This document shows, one piece after another, positions 55,610 to 56,529 of a DNA stretch of 56,529 bases. The stretch is from an uncultured Flavobacteriales bacterium (GTDB lineage: Bacteria > Bacteroidota > Bacteroidia > Flavobacteriales_D > CALLUQ01). The translations under genes were made by a program, and so were the position numbers. Location of the stretch: NCBI GenBank assembly GCA_938010565.1, contig CALLUQ010000126.1, positions 1-56,529 of the forward strand, given 5' to 3'. The number at the start of each line of letters is the position of its first letter. The stretch's first letter is position 1. Below the pieces are notes generated by a model. That model did not search any database. It saw only the letters and a list, made by a program, of their open reading frames with translations, and was not told the DNA's origin.

Positions 55610-55849
55610 ATAGTGGGTGCTTTTAGTTATCGTTAGCCCCTGGGGTGTGTAATAGTTTCGACTTGATCTGACAATTAAGGTTGTAAGTTTGGGTTTTCTT
55701 TAGGGACAAAACTCCGAAAATGATTTTTAGGTATAGGGGCGATTTCTGCCCCACTATCATTTCGGTCGACAAGGCTATTCCTGACAAGTTGGCCCCCACC
55801 AGAACTTGCTTCCGCTTCACCTTGTGGTTCTAAATTACTAAAATTATCG

Positions 55850-56094
55850 GACAAGCTTTTCAATAATTTTTCTTTGGCCAAATAAAGGGAGTTATTCCAA
55901 GTCTGTTTTGGCGTTTTTCCATAGCAGTGCTTACCGGAATGTGTGTAATATTCCATCCATTGATCCAAATCAACTTGTAGATCTTCAATGGAGTAAAATT
56001 CTTCCTGTACGGTTCGATGGAAGCGTTCACATATTTCACTGGTCTGAGGATTTTTTGCCTTGGTTTTTGGTGTGGTCCACATCTTCAATTGCAA
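55850..56094 (-). mobile_element. IS481-family transposase remnant (3' part)
   Basis: TKAKNPQT..ICERFHRTVQEEFY..IEDLQVDLDQW..THSGKHCYGKTP, with internal deletions. Confidence 0.8.
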
Positions 56095-56180
56095 GGTATA
56101 ATTGGTATTTATAATCTGATTCCGACCATTAATCTATTGTTAGTCAGTTAACTATGTTGATAATGAGCGTCATTAAAATA

Positions 56181-56490
56181 GGGGAATTGCTGAACTTTGT
56201 GATTACTTAAGCGAATGTAGGCGACATAACTCCGTTGAAAAACAGCAATTTCGTGGAAAAAATAAGAGGTAAACGCTATGCGGATAAAGGGTACATTGGA
56301 AAGAAGTTAACCGAGTTGCTTTTCATAGGTGGTATCCATTTGGTCACTTCCATCAGAAACAATAGGAAGAATACCTCAATGGAACTCAAGGATAAAATTT
56401 TGCCCGGAAAAAGATCGGTGATTGAAACGGTCAATGATGAATTAAAAAAACAGGTGCCGGATGGAGCATTCAATGCACAGATGTGCGTCC
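56181..56490 (+). mobile_element. IS982-family transposase remnant
   Basis: Manual translation GELLNFVIT*ANVGDITPLK..YADKGYIGKKL..GIHLVTSIRNN..KRSVIETVNDELK. TAA at 56208-56210 and a frameshift in the A-run near 56443-56450. Confidence 0.82.
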
Positions 56491-56529
56491 AGCAAAGGCT
56501 GTTGTATTCAGAGGGTGCAAGCCCCTTAA

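Overview
This 56.5-kb window looks like a Bacteroidota chromosome, based on repeated TAnnTTTG promoter boxes, T9SS C-terminal domains and a Bacteroidota-type TssD. Most of it is housekeeping backbone: purB, yidC, pyrG, holA, AMP nucleosidase, oligoendopeptidase F, gyrB, an FtsE-like ATPase, murB, hemE, lhgO, glycosyltransferases, outer-membrane barrels and OmpA-family proteins. Four accessory patches stand out. (1) At 1-1.5 kb, a broken Rhs/YD-repeat gene is interrupted twice by a ~180-bp element carrying paired REP-like hairpins; each copy supplies an in-frame stop and an in-frame ATG. (2) At 7.7-8.8 kb, a frameshifted gene with an L,D-transpeptidase-like H/C motif is coupled to a lipoprotein. 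(3) At 47.6-49.6 kb, a TssD (Hcp-like) domain is followed by two toxin-CT/immunity pairs; the second pair is largely missed by the ORF track because each gene carries one nonsense codon. (4) At 49.9-55.2 kb, an intact five-gene cluster encodes an alpha-oxoamine synthase, an ADC-fold protein, a sulfotransferase, an SDR and an MFS transporter, beside IS481 and IS982 remnants. This cluster is the best candidate for an undescribed pathway, probably making a sulfated amino-lipid or sphingoid-like product. All family calls come from reading motifs by eye; no database searches were run.
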